Source: Chrysomallon squamiferum (lineage: Eukaryota > Animalia > Mollusca). Taken from it: DNA of 64,000 bases. The DNA is taken from NCBI GenBank assembly GCA_012295275.1, contig CM022678.1:434001-498000 (forward strand), read 5' to 3'. A program made the position numbers and the translations under genes. The notes beneath the pieces are model-generated. The model was not told where the DNA came from, searched no databases, and saw only the letters and a list, made by a program, of their open reading frames with translations. Each line of letters opens with the position of its first letter. Position 1 is the stretch's first letter. Of the stretch, positions 35,240 to 47,664 are shown one piece after another.

Positions 35240-35483
35240 ATTCTCCATCTTTTCATGGACAGGGGTCTGGAGCTTAGACATTTTTTTCAATGTCTTTGGC
35301 TGGAGTTACAGCCTTTATCGACTCCTTCTGCTTCAGTATGGTACATATCGTAAAGGTACTATCCTCGTGCTGCCTAGCCATGTTGACTACACGCACACCT
35401 CTCTCATTTTTTTCTATGATTTCATGCTTTAATTCAATGGACATCATCCGCTTCTTCTTCATAGCACTGTCCTTTGGAGCCAT
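35240..35483 (-). pseudogene. Truncated Tigger transposase N-terminus (CENP-B-like/psq HTH domain), frameshifted
   Basis: MAPKDSAMKKKRMMSIELKHEIIEKNERGVRVVNMARQHEDSTFTICTILKQKESIKAVTPAK. After a frameshift in an A-run it continues SKLQTPVHEKME, then breaks off; no DDE domain. Confidence 0.85.
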
Positions 35484-35701
35484 CGTCAGAAAAAAAAATT
35501 TTTGCAAAATTCTGTACAAAACACGAGCACAAAGAGATGCTTCCACGGCGAGGTAACCACGTGAGACGCTGGATGCTGGGCGGACATTGTACTGTATCTG
35601 AAGCTCGCTCGTGGGTCGGATTATGGCTCGCAACTCAAAGCATAAAATAAATCTCGGAAATCTCGTAAATTGGAGCACTCGTAAGTCGAGGTATCACTGT
35701 A
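35240..35701 (-). mobile_element. 5' fragment of a Tigger/pogo-family (Tc1/mariner superfamily) DNA transposon
   Basis: Minus strand begins TA|CAGTGATACCTCGACTTACGAGTG (TA target plus Tigger-type TIR at 35699), followed by a transposase N-terminus. Confidence 0.85.
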
Positions 35702-35859
35702 TTTCTTTCACCGCAAAATAGCAAATTTATCGATTCAACTTTTAACTCGGCTCGCAGCAAACAAACTGAACCCGCCCATTTCTCCATGCCTCCCACTCGT
35801 AAGTCAAAACACCACTGCAGTCTTTTTTTCTTATTTATTGACATTTTTCTGTTGCAGTT

Positions 35860-35898
<39 letters not shown>

Positions 35899-36990
35899 TT
35901 TGTCAGTATGCAGTGGCAGTAATATTAGTAAATAAACTGGTAGTTGTTTTTACATCGTTATTTATTTATATATAGCAATGCTTCTGTGTGTACGTGGCTG
36001 TGAGTGTGATGGTGCGCGGATGGTAATGTATGCGATGTTGCTGGTGTATGTGTGTGAGCGCGTGTACGTAATGGTGCGCGCATCCTGTGTACGTTGTGTC
36101 CATGGGTGCATGATGTTGTCTTTTAAATATTAATATAAGAAACAAACAAATAAACAAAACAAAACACACACACACACACAAAATAGAACCATACTGGAAG
36201 GTAGAGGAAAACACACTAAGAAGATTTATCAATTTAAGAAATCTGAGATATATTTTATTTGAACCTTTTATTATCGCGATCAGTTCGGGGATTATTAAAA
36301 AGGTTTTCAGCTTTGCCTGTTTGAATACTGTCAATCTGCAGGTCCATACGAAGTATTGCTGATAATACTTTTTTTATTTTACAGATATAAGAACAAACCA
36401 GAACATCTGTACGCAATGAAAAACACTTGATGTGTGTTATTGAAACAACAACAAACAAACTAAAATAAAGCGTTTACAATGAATGAGAAATGTATGATAT
36501 TTATATAAATAGATACTGTTTAAGAAATAAAACGAAATACTCCTAACTGTCAATAAACGTAAAAAGAAAAGAAACTCACTTGCTTTATCCCTGTTGTTTC
36601 CAGCCGCTTTCTCTCCAGCTGGTTAAGTTACTGTTGATAAAGTTACTGTTTTGTTTTCCAGTGTGTGTAACATCAATTTCCTTCTCATGATCGAAATGGA
36701 AATATTCTGGAAGAGAAGAATCAGTGCGAAGTCATCCGATTAGTGAAACGTCTTGCAGCCTTGACGCAGTATTAAGACCAATGGCGCCTTTCAGTTTTAA
36801 AAAGAGAAAACGCATGTAGCGTCACGTGAAACGATTAGCTCGATCAGACTATTATGTGCATGTTCTTTTCTTTTTGTTGTACATAAAGTTTTACAGCTTA
36901 GTCTGTTGTTGTTGTTTTTTTTTTTTTTTTTTTTTTAGCACAAGAAAACAGTACTTTAAGCGCTTTAAAAATGTCTGCAATAAATATATA

Positions 36991-37000
36991 TCTCTCTCTC

Positions 37001-37095
<95 letters not shown>

Positions 37096-37110
37096 ATATA
37101 TATATATATA
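36991..37110. repeat. (TC)n then (TA)n microsatellite
   Basis: Directly visible. Confidence 0.95.
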
Positions 37111-37529
37111 AAAACCCACTTATAAACCAAAAAGCAGTATCGCAAAAAGACAGAAGAAAAAAGCAGTTTCATTGTGATACGTGTCACGGCATACTGCAGA
37201 TAAGGAAAATATTAAATTTTGTTACATTTCATTTTATTATCTTATATTTTTTTTTTTTTTTAATGTCTTTTTTTTTTTAAATGTCTTTTTTTTTTTTTAT
37301 ATTTTTTTAATAATTTGTTTTTTTTTTTTTTTTTTCCGATTAATGGACAACATGTTCGTCAGGTTTATTGTTTTATTTTCGACTAACAATACGAAATGCT
37401 GCATACAAGTAAATCGTAAATAACTCAATACATAACTCAACACACACAAACGCACCTCTAAACAACAACAACAACGTGAATAATAATTATAATAATAATA
37501 TATACATTCACAAACTTGATACTTATATG

Positions 37530-37655
37530 GACAGATAACACAGATAAACACACATGCAGACAGATAACACAGATAAACACACATGCAGACAGATAACACA
37601 GATTAACACACAGGCAGACAGATAACACAGATTAACACACAGGCAGACAGACAGT
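37530..37655. repeat. ~29-bp tandem repeat, ~4 copies
   Basis: cagataacacagataaacacacatgcaga repeated. Confidence 0.85.
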
Positions 37656-37685
37656 CACAGAAAAAAGCTGAGGCACACATGGTAA

Positions 37686-38056
<371 letters not shown>

Positions 38057-38204
38057 CACATAGAAACAACTACCAACATATAAATAAATAATCAGACCAA
38101 AAAAAAATGTATAAAGAAGAAACAAACCAAATAATAATAATAATAATAAAAATAATAAATAAATAAATAAATAAATAAATAAGCAAACTTCCAAACAAAC
38201 AATT

Positions 38205-38385
38205 AGTACAAATTTCTTCACTTTGATGATTTCCATTACAAGGTATTTGTGAAATATTTCTTCACTTTAAAGATCTCATTTACAAAGTATTTGTAGAATA
38301 TTTCTTCACATTCAAGATCTCCATCACAAAGTATTTGTGAAATATTTCTTAATTTTGAAGATCTCAATTAGAAAGTATTTTAGAA
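38205..38385. repeat. Degenerate ~44-bp tandem repeat downstream of the GPCR stop (likely 3' UTR)
   Basis: atatttcttcac...gatctc...acaaagtatttgt recurs about 4 times. Confidence 0.65.
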
Positions 38386-38866
38386 AGGTAGCTATTGAAC
38401 ACGTCGTCCAAATCGCAACTGTAAGTCACTTTATATACAAATGAATTAGAGAGCACTTCATCTACAAACTAGCTGCTAATCACTTCATCTACAAAGTAAC
38501 AGAGTAGATGTAAGTTTAGAGAACCAAACACTTCATCTACAGAGTAAATACAGAGCACTTCATTCCACACACAGCTGTAGAACCCTTCTTTTCCAAAGTA
38601 AACCGTGGACGATTTGTGTTACAAAGTATTTGTAGAACAATTACGTCACTAAGTGGCTATACGTCAATTCCATTTGTAATAAACAGCAGAACACATCATT
38701 TACGTCAGCACAGAGGGCCACATTAACTGTAGAGAATTTCCGCTGAAAGAAAGCGTTCTCGATACACAGAGGCGCCATCTGGTGTCAGGTTGGTGTGTTC
38801 GGAGCGCAGGCTACTTTTATAGGAAAACTTGTGCGCTTTACAATTGTCATGAGAATACGATTTTTG

Positions 38867-38927
38867 TCAAACCCACGACTGAGGCGTAGGTGTGTTCGAA
38901 CGTGAACCTCGTCTGTATTCCAAGTAC
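38867..38927 (-). CDS. Probable terminal coding exon of the GPCR (R-YLEYRRGSRSNTPTPQSWV*)
   Basis: Acceptor attgttatttcag ending at 38928. The phase-2 join to donor AG|GTATTT at 39296/39295 is in frame; exon is more GC-rich than its flank. Confidence 0.7.
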
Positions 38928-38942
38928 CTGAAATAACAATAT

Positions 38943-38993
<51 letters not shown>

Positions 38994-39114
38994 CAGCAGT
39001 AATAATAATAACAATAATAATAATAATAGTTATGATTATGGTAATGATGGCGACCCTCTAGATTTCTTTACATGAATATGACACTGAGATAAATCTGAAT
39101 TGTTATGCAATGTG

Positions 39115-39241
39115 TGACGTCAGAACTAGTTTTGAAACAAATTATTCAGCTTATGACGTCAAAACTAGTGTTTATAACACAATACACAATGAGTGACGTC
39201 ATCACTAATGTTAAAAACAGGAGATACGATTTGTGACGTCA
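39115..39241. promoter_or_regulatory. Cluster of four perfect CRE palindromes (TGACGTCA) at ~40-bp spacing
   Basis: TGACGTCA starts at 39115, 39154, 39194 and 39234. The motifs are certain; function is inferred. Confidence 0.55.
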
Positions 39242-39295
39242 TAGATGATAATATACAAAAGAATGTTACACACTTTTCATCTACTCACTAAATAC

Positions 39296-40347
39296 CTTTT
39301 ATTTTTGTATATGAAGAGCATGCGCAGTTCTCTCCTGAAATACGCCCCCGTGACGCTGTAGAGGAAGAAGTTGATGCAATAGTTCATATAGAAGATGACG
39401 CGGGCGACGAGGAGCGCGTCCTGCAGCCCGTCGAAGTGATGCACGAGCTGTGACGCGGAAATCATCTCCGAGATGAGGAAGAGTTTGAACCAGACGCAGA
39501 AGAACGGCAGGTTGAGCATGATGAACACGAAGGAGATGACGAGCAGGATGACGGTGAACTCGAGTCGGATGATGCTCTCCTCGGTGATGATGCTGCACTC
39601 GCGATGAACACGGGAACGAAGACACAGTTTGCGGATTATCATCGTGTTGAGAACGGAGATGATGACGAAGGGGACGAAGGTGATGAAGACAGCAAAGATG
39701 TTGTCGAGGACGAAAGACAGACATTTGAGATTTGGGTCGGAAGTACATCTCGAGACTTTGGTCGGACTCAGCTCGTAAACTCCGCTGATGATTGGCTTGT
39801 ACGTCATCACGCACAGACCAATCACAACGATGCTTCCAATAGCCTTCTGGGCCGATCTGCTTCCGCATATGTCCTTCCGGCGTAGCGGGTGACACACGCC
39901 GATGTAGCGCTCCACGGTGAAGGTGACGATGAACCAGGCTGACAGGAAGCGGCTGACGTAGGACAGGTACAGAGAAAGCTGGCAGACTCCCTCAGTCTCC
40001 AGAAAGTGCGGCTCAACCCCTCCAGCCATGGGGGGCATTCCCCGCCTCAGCCACTCAACCAGCACGTAGAAGAGCAAAGCAAGTATGTCTGACAACGACA
40101 ACGCCGCCAGGTACGTGGACGCCGAGAGTTTGCGCATGTTTCGCGACATGAAGACTCTGAGAGAGAGGACGTTGCCGGTGAGGCCGATGACGAGAATGAC
40201 CGGCGTGAAGTACGAGTAGAAGTCCTGACTCAGCGTGCGAGCAGCCGCGTCACCCGTGTACTCGCAGTCACTGACGTTGTGCATGCTGAAGTTGAGCACC
40301 GCCATCACCACCGCCATTTCGTCTTCATAACATCGAACATCAGTCAT
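39296..40347 (-). CDS. Class A (rhodopsin-like) GPCR, neuropeptide-receptor-like (FMRFamide/sex-peptide/TRH-receptor-like group), main exon; 356 aa if unspliced (stop at 39277), ~370 aa if spliced
   Basis: Seven hydrophobic segments with TM1 GLTGN, TM2 LAALSLSD, TM3 C...VERYIGVCHP, TM5 VP, TM6 FIMLNLP, TM7 NYCINFFLY and helix 8 FRRELR. GC-rich codon usage; acceptor tttttcag just 5' of the ATG. Confidence 0.96.
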
Positions 40348-40773
40348 ACTGTCTGAAAAACAAATATAAACAAAAACTCTTCTAAATAATCAATTCTACA
40401 AACATAGAAAACAAATATAATGTCAATATTAACAAACACTTCTATGTAATCAGTTCTACAAATAAAAAGCAAATATGATTTAGTGTAATATAAACACTAG
40501 ATATATTATACTAGTAAAGAAAGAAAACATGTCCTGTCTTTTAGAGACTTAGAAGATGAGTATTCTCTGATTGCGTCTCTCAGTGACTGCACACATCAAA
40601 ACCGAGCACACAGTTGTGGGACTTTTATCGATGATCGGTAGTTAAATACGCCACCTCGAAAATGAAATCAGAGATTGATCTGCATTATACCACTTTCTGT
40701 TATAACAGTAAAAATAAAATAATGTTAAAAGTGCAGAGGCAGATTTTCTAGATTTTGTTTGTTTTTATTTATT

Positions 40774-40833
<60 letters not shown>

Positions 40834-41135
40834 TATTTATTTATTTCGTGATAATCTTCAAACACCAGTACTGACAGATAAATCATCACGCTCGAGTGTA
40901 GAACGTCAGTTACGTGGAAACTACACTGAAATTTACTCAAAGTCACAGACGACAACCTGCTTCACGCAGAGAGTGGACAGATCGGCTCTGGTTACAATAT
41001 GTCAAAGATGACACGTAAACAAATAAACAGAGTCTCAGCTCAGATAAACTACTGCGGTGAAAATTAGCTGAGTCAGTATCAGACTATAATTATATCTGCG
41101 AAACAAAAACAGTATTGGTCCTCAAGTAAATAAAT

Positions 41136-41190
<55 letters not shown>

Positions 41191-41689
41191 TTACTATAAT
41201 CATCTTCACCTCATCATTTTGTTGTTGTTGTTATTGTTATTGTTATTATTATTAATGATGTTCTCAAATAAAAATAATAATAATTAAAAAAAAACACAAA
41301 ACAAAAGAAAAAAAGAAAATCAAGAAAAGACAGAAAGAAGATAGAAATAGGGAGAACACTGGTTATCTTATAGAGAGGAGATTTTAAGGGATTAGTTATA
41401 AAGTGTGTCAGTTAACAAGGAGATATAAACAAGATTAATCACGTCATAAATTACTGCTCAACTTTCTTCAGGAATCCATGGCAACTGAATTCTATACATA
41501 CATTTAATTTTACAGGAAAATGTTTAAACTGAAATACGCAGAACAAAGCAACCTATAAAAAAAAAATAAACCAGCAAGCAAACAAACAAACAAACAAACA
41601 AACAAACAAACAAATATTTAAATAAATACACAAAAAAAAAAAAAATAAAAAAAAAAAAAATAAAAACAACAACAACCAGTACCACAACA

Positions 41690-42185
41690 TTAATACTATA
41701 ATTGCTGGTGACACTACTACTACAACTACTGCCACCACTCAAATTACTACTACTACCACTACTATCACCAGTACAACTACTAACACCACTACTACTATTA
41801 CTACAACTGCGACTATTGCTACTGCAATTACTTTAACTACTAGAAAAGCTGCTGATGCTACTAATAATACTAGAGATAATACACCACTACAACTATTACT
41901 AATAGTACTAGAGATAATACACCACTACAACTATTACTAATAGTACTACTGTTATTACTACTACTACTATTATAACTACTACTACGACTATTACTACTAC
42001 ACTGTTATTGCTACTACTATCATTACTACTATTACTATTAATAATACACTTATATTTTTATTACTATTATTACTGCAGTTAAGACTATTACTACTACTAG
42101 TATTATTATTATTATTACTATAAGTTACTTTACTACTATTACTACTACTACTACTATTACAACTACCAATACTTTTACTATTACA
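41690..42185. repeat. Degenerate (ACT/ATT)n trinucleotide tract
   Basis: Directly visible. Confidence 0.9.
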
Positions 42186-42667
42186 TGAACTGCAAAAGCT
42201 ATGAATTACTATTATTTATGGTGCTGCTACTTGTCCAGTATTCGTGCAAGTCATGTATTAAAGTTACAGTTACTAATGACAGACAGCTACATACACAATG
42301 TCATATTCAGGTATTAAATTTACGGTTACTAATGACAGACAGCCAAATACACAATGTGATATTCAGGTATTAAATGCACAAATACTACGAAAATATAATC
42401 ATAGACATAATTATTCATCTCATAAACAGAATAAAGACGATTATTATTATTATTATTGTCATTATTATTATTATTAGTGTTTTTAAAATATTTTTGATTC
42501 TACTTTTATGCTGTGCTGACTGTCAGCTTCTAATGACTGACATCGTAACAACACTTTACAGACTAACGTGGCTAACAGCGACAAGGATAAAAACAGAAAA
42601 GAACAAAACAGAGTCAAGCTGAGTAGGATTTCCTAATGCACGATTCGTTCACCTGAAAGGATTCCTA

Positions 42668-43160
42668 TTATTTGTGTCTCACGTTTACACCAAATATCTC
42701 TTATTTGTGTCTCACGTTTACACCAAATATCTCTTGTGTCTCACGTTTACATCAAATATATTTGATTTGTGTCTCACGTTGACACCAAATATCTCTTATT
42801 TTTATCTCACATTTACACCAAATATCTCTTATTTGTGTCTCACGTTGACACCAAATATCTCTTATTTTTATCTCACATTTACACCAAATATCTCTTATTT
42901 GTGTCTCACGTTGACACCAAATATCTCTTATTTTTATCTCACATTTACACCAAATATCTTTTATTTGTGTCTCACATTTACACCAAATATCTCTTATTTG
43001 TGTCTCACATTTACACCAAATATCTCTTATTTGTGTCTCACATTTACACCAAATATCTCTTGTGTCTCATGTTTACACCAAATATCTCTTATTTGTGTCT
43101 CATGCTTACACCAAATATAATCGATTCTAAATCATGTTTACACCAAATATCTCTGATTTG
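42668..43160. repeat. 33-bp minisatellite, ~15 copies
   Basis: ttatttgtgtctcacgtttacaccaaatatctc repeated. Confidence 0.95.
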
Positions 43161-43727
43161 AAATCACGTGCTCTTGTTTTAAAGTACTCGTTAAATACCA
43201 GTGTCACGAATTCATATTGTTTTGTTTAAATATCAGTGATTATAAATCATATTCTCTAATAGAAAACTTATTAAATAAACAGTGTCTAAATATTATTTTC
43301 TCATCTCTACAGAACTCGTCAAACACGAGTGTCTCCAGAATATCGACATGTAATTAATGTGAAACACGGTAGATGTGAAAACCAGACACAAAACTAATAT
43401 GAGAGAGAATATCAGTCGCCCACATACTCACAGTCAGACAAACTGACAGACGTGAGAAAAATCAGCTGAGACTGTCAAACATCACACTGCAGTAAAACCA
43501 CTGTGTAAATCTGCGTTGTGAAGCCTCACTCTCAAATAATTTTACTGTAAAACATTATACATACATGCATGTGGGTGTATAGTAAGTTTTATTTGAGTAA
43601 ATAAATTCGTAATTATGCGTCTGTATGTATTTAGTAATATACATACAGTTGTAGCCGAACATGTATTTAAAATCACGTACATACATAAACACGCATTCAC
43701 ACATATGTTTTGTTCTGTGTCTCTATG

Positions 43728-43917
43728 TTTGTGTGTGTGTGGGACTGTGTTAGTGTGTGTGTGTCTGTGTGTTAGTGTGTATGTGTGTTAGTGTGTATGT
43801 GTGTTAGTGTGAGTGTCTGTGTGTTTGTGTGTGAGTGTGATAGTGTGTGTGTTAGTGTGTGTATGTGTGTGTGTTGTGATAGTTGTGTTTGTGTGTGTAT
43901 GTGTGTATGTGTGTGAA

Positions 43918-43948
<31 letters not shown>

Positions 43949-43990
43949 GTATGTGTGCATGTGTGCATGTGTGTGTGTGTGTGTATGTGT
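43728..43990. repeat. Imperfect (TG)n microsatellite
   Basis: Directly visible. Confidence 0.93.
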
Positions 43991-44635
43991 AAAGGTCATG
44001 TTAGAAGTGATTACACTGAGAAATATGACAGCCGGTCACAGCGTGACATCGTCTTGGATAAATCAGTGAAACATGTCACATGATAATATCACGTGACTCG
44101 GTGTATGTCGGTATAACATCAACGAGTGTGTGTCATTATAAAATTTCATAACTTGGTCTATGACATACACATTTTGATTCTTGTGTGTAAATATCTGACC
44201 TGGGAAACTCTTTTCAGTTTCTACTTTTGTTTTAATAGTTTAAAAGATTTATTAATTTTACTTTTCAGAACTGATTAAACCTCTTTTTTTATTTATTTGT
44301 TTAGCTCTATAACAATGGAATTTATGTTAAAATAAAATCATATCAGCAGAATAATGTATCCGCGAGAAAAATGCTTTTTAAAAAATATTAGGTTTTATCC
44401 ACGTGAGATCCTGAACCTTTTGTATCACTTTCAGTTACATTTCATAAACTGCAATCAAAAAGATTTGATATCAAAACGAGGCGTGCAAAGTGTGTTTGTA
44501 AGTGAAAAAACAACGACACATATTTACTTCAAAATAGTATACATATATTTTAAGTTAAATGTGTCTTTGTTCTTGCACTTACAAATACATTATATATACA
44601 GGGAAACGTTCACTGTATGGTACAATAGCGTCTGA

Positions 44636-44764
44636 ACAGCTGGTCAGTTACTCTGTTCTGACAGCTGGTTAGTTACTCTGTTTTGACAGCTGGTTAGTTA
44701 CTCTGTTCTGACAGCTGGTTAGTTACTCTGTTCTGACACCTGGTTAGTTACTCTGTTCTGACAG
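44636..44764. repeat. 25-bp minisatellite, ~5 copies
   Basis: acagctggttagttactctgttctg repeated. Confidence 0.92.
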
Positions 44765-45309
44765 GTGCACGTGCAGGACTCGGTCTGTGTAGGTTCTAAT
44801 GAACGGCTGTAGACGCGCCTGACATCAAAGTGATTGTCACGTGGAACAGTCAGACTTTTACTTCGGTCACAACTTTAGCGTCAGCAGCTGTGAAATCTTT
44901 TCTCAGTTCGCCATCACGGATTTACAAATGTAAACCTTCTCGAACGTCGGAAATTACAAAAATATTCTAAATCGTTGTGCAATTTATATATTACTCACTG
45001 ATGTGTGTGTGTGATAGGAGCGGACACTATAAAGATGACTTATTAAAATTAACAGATTTCTAAAATTTAATACGTTCTTGGAATTATCAGCAGCTTAATA
45101 CAGAAACTGTACAAATACTTCTGTGATATAACACAGCTCTGTTCTTCCTAAGGTTTCTGATGACGGTGAATCGCCACTGAAGCTAAAACATTCAAAAATT
45201 ATAAAATATGTCGCGTATGCGCAGTCTTACTTTAGTAGATAAAGCTCTGTGAACACAGGGTGAAAAAAGGAAAACAACAAGAAAATAAAACACTGTAAGA
45301 ACATAGATC

Positions 45310-45392
<83 letters not shown>
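45310..45392. repeat. (AAT)n microsatellite
   Basis: Directly visible. Confidence 0.95.
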
Positions 45393-45674
45393 TAATTAAT
45401 AAATAAATAAATAAATAAAATAAAATCAGTTTTGGACCTATTTTTCTTTCTTTTTTCATTTTTTTTTTTTTTTTTTACATCGCGCTCTTTCCTTTTCCCG
45501 TGAGATATATTCACTGTTATTTTATAATTTCATCTTAATCAGTTTCAGTAATCTGATATTATTTCACTGCTAATTGAACAGACGTAGGCTTTGTGTGCAG
45601 CGTTATGTTACGTTGTGCATGAATTTAATTAATGGTGTTCATAGAATTTTATATTTAGTAGAAACACACAACAA

Positions 45675-45706
<32 letters not shown>

Positions 45707-46305
45707 CAACACATTTATAATAATAATAATAACAATAACAATAATAATAATAATAAATAATTCTTCTTATTATTATTATTATTATGATCACCATCGTTAT
45801 TTCACCTTTCAACAACCTTTTAGATTAGTTAGTAAATCAGTCCATATTTAATTACGTTTGTTATTAGTATTTTACTAGTGACTAATGAAGCTGTTTTCTG
45901 AAGGTCAGATATTACTGTTAAATATTTCTGCAAACTGTTATTAGCATGGCGTTAGAAACAGCGATAAGGCCAACCTGTAATATGTGCGTGTTTGTGTGCG
46001 TGCGTGTGTGTGTTGTGTTTGTCTGAGTGTATGTGTGTGTGTGCGTGAGTGTGTGTTTGTCCAAGAATTAGAGGTAGTGACAGAAATGTTGTTTTGCTGA
46101 AAGTATTTTGTTAGAATGTGTTGAGGTAGAAGTGTCAAGCACGTAGACAAAATTCAGGAGGACAAAGTCACAAACCCGTCAGACGCCGCTGACGAGACTC
46201 GAACGTATGGCACCCTTTCTCGAACGACGTTACAACCTGACAACTATGTGTGTCTATATTTATGTATGTATCTGTACATCTATCCATCCATCTATCCGTC
46301 CTTCC

Positions 46306-46462
46306 ATATATATATATATATATATATATTACACACACACATACACACACACACATACATTAACATACACATACACCTCACACACACACTCACACACACA
46401 TACACACACATACACATACACACTCACACATACACACACGCACACACTCACACACACACACA
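46306..46462. repeat. (TA)n/(CA)n microsatellite
   Basis: Directly visible. Confidence 0.93.
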
Positions 46463-46778
46463 TATTTTTAAAATCTGTTACAGATACAGAACGTTGCTGA
46501 TCTGTGATGTTGTGAGATATTTAGAATACGGACTGGTTAAATATTAATTAAAGTGGAGATATCCCACAGGTTTATCATAAAACAGCAAACAGAGATATCA
46601 CATAACACAGCACGCTCTGTATCAATTCATACACAACATCTTGTTTCATTTCACTCACACTCTCTGTACTTACGTTTTATATACACGTACAGAGCATACA
46701 CACATACACACATTACGTGTGTATGTAAATACATACATACACATTACATGTGTACATGCATACAGTAGATATATATAC

Positions 46779-46811
<33 letters not shown>

Positions 46812-47107
46812 GAAGAGTAATCATTAAAGTAGTAGTAGTAGTAGTAGCAACAGTAGTGGTAGCAGTAATAGTGGTAATAGTAGTAGAGGTAGTAGTATAA
46901 GAAGATGCTATATTGTAAAATTATTTTTGAGACGGTTTTTCTTTTTTCTTTTTTTCATTTTATGTTTCATTTTTCCACATATTTCGGCATTGTTGTAAAC
47001 ATACTAATATAGTTGTAAATCTGTTTATATATTGTGATACTGCATGTTAGTGATGTGTCTGCCAGTCTGTCTGTTTGTCGGTTTGTTTCTTCTCACGTGT
47101 TGTTAGT

Positions 47108-47142
<35 letters not shown>

Positions 47143-47261
47143 CATACACAGCCTGTCTGATTCTTTCTTTTGTAATAATTAAGTTTTATCCAATTACAAA
47201 CTGTATTATTATTGTTAATGTTGTTGTTGTTGTTGTTAATAATATAAATAAAACAACTTAC

Positions 47262-47445
47262 CTAGCTGAGAGAGAGACACGCGAATGTTCTGTGTTCACA
47301 GCTATCCAAGTGGTGCTTGTTGTCGACGCAGATTTGAAGTGACACCTGGCGGCAGTACGAGATAGCGAGGGAAAACACAGCGCTGATTCTGCGAGCTGAT
47401 TGCAGCGTCTGCTGTTTCAGTGCGAGCCTTCATCGCCGACACTTT
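47262..47445 (-). other. Candidate non-coding 5' UTR exon of the GPCR (upstream boundary uncertain)
   Basis: GC/CpG-richer island ending in a consensus donor TAG|GTAAGT at 47262/47261 on the same strand as the GPCR. Confidence 0.45.
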
Positions 47446-47664
47446 TCATTAGGTTCTCAATAACAGTGCTTAGTGGGGAATAGTGAATTATAGTGACGTG
47501 TGCATTATTGTGACTTGCAGTGATTGCTACTGTTTTTGGAATTATAGTCACTTGTTGTGATTAGCAGAGTAGTGGGAACTGTTGTGATGAGTGAATTAGA
47601 AAGATGTACAACAGAGAGTATGAATTATTATCACGTTTAGTCATAAATCTTGTGTTGTGAATAA

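Noticed and set aside
34525-35256. 243-aa hydrophobic ORF resembling a membrane protein
   Set aside because: Translation of the 48-bp minisatellite.
39299-40016. Alternative-frame and antisense ORFs within the GPCR
   Set aside because: By-products of GC-rich third-position codon usage; no recognizable motifs.
46150-46245. B-box-like GTTCGAGTC on the minus strand suggesting a tRNA or SINE
   Set aside because: No A box or cloverleaf could be built.
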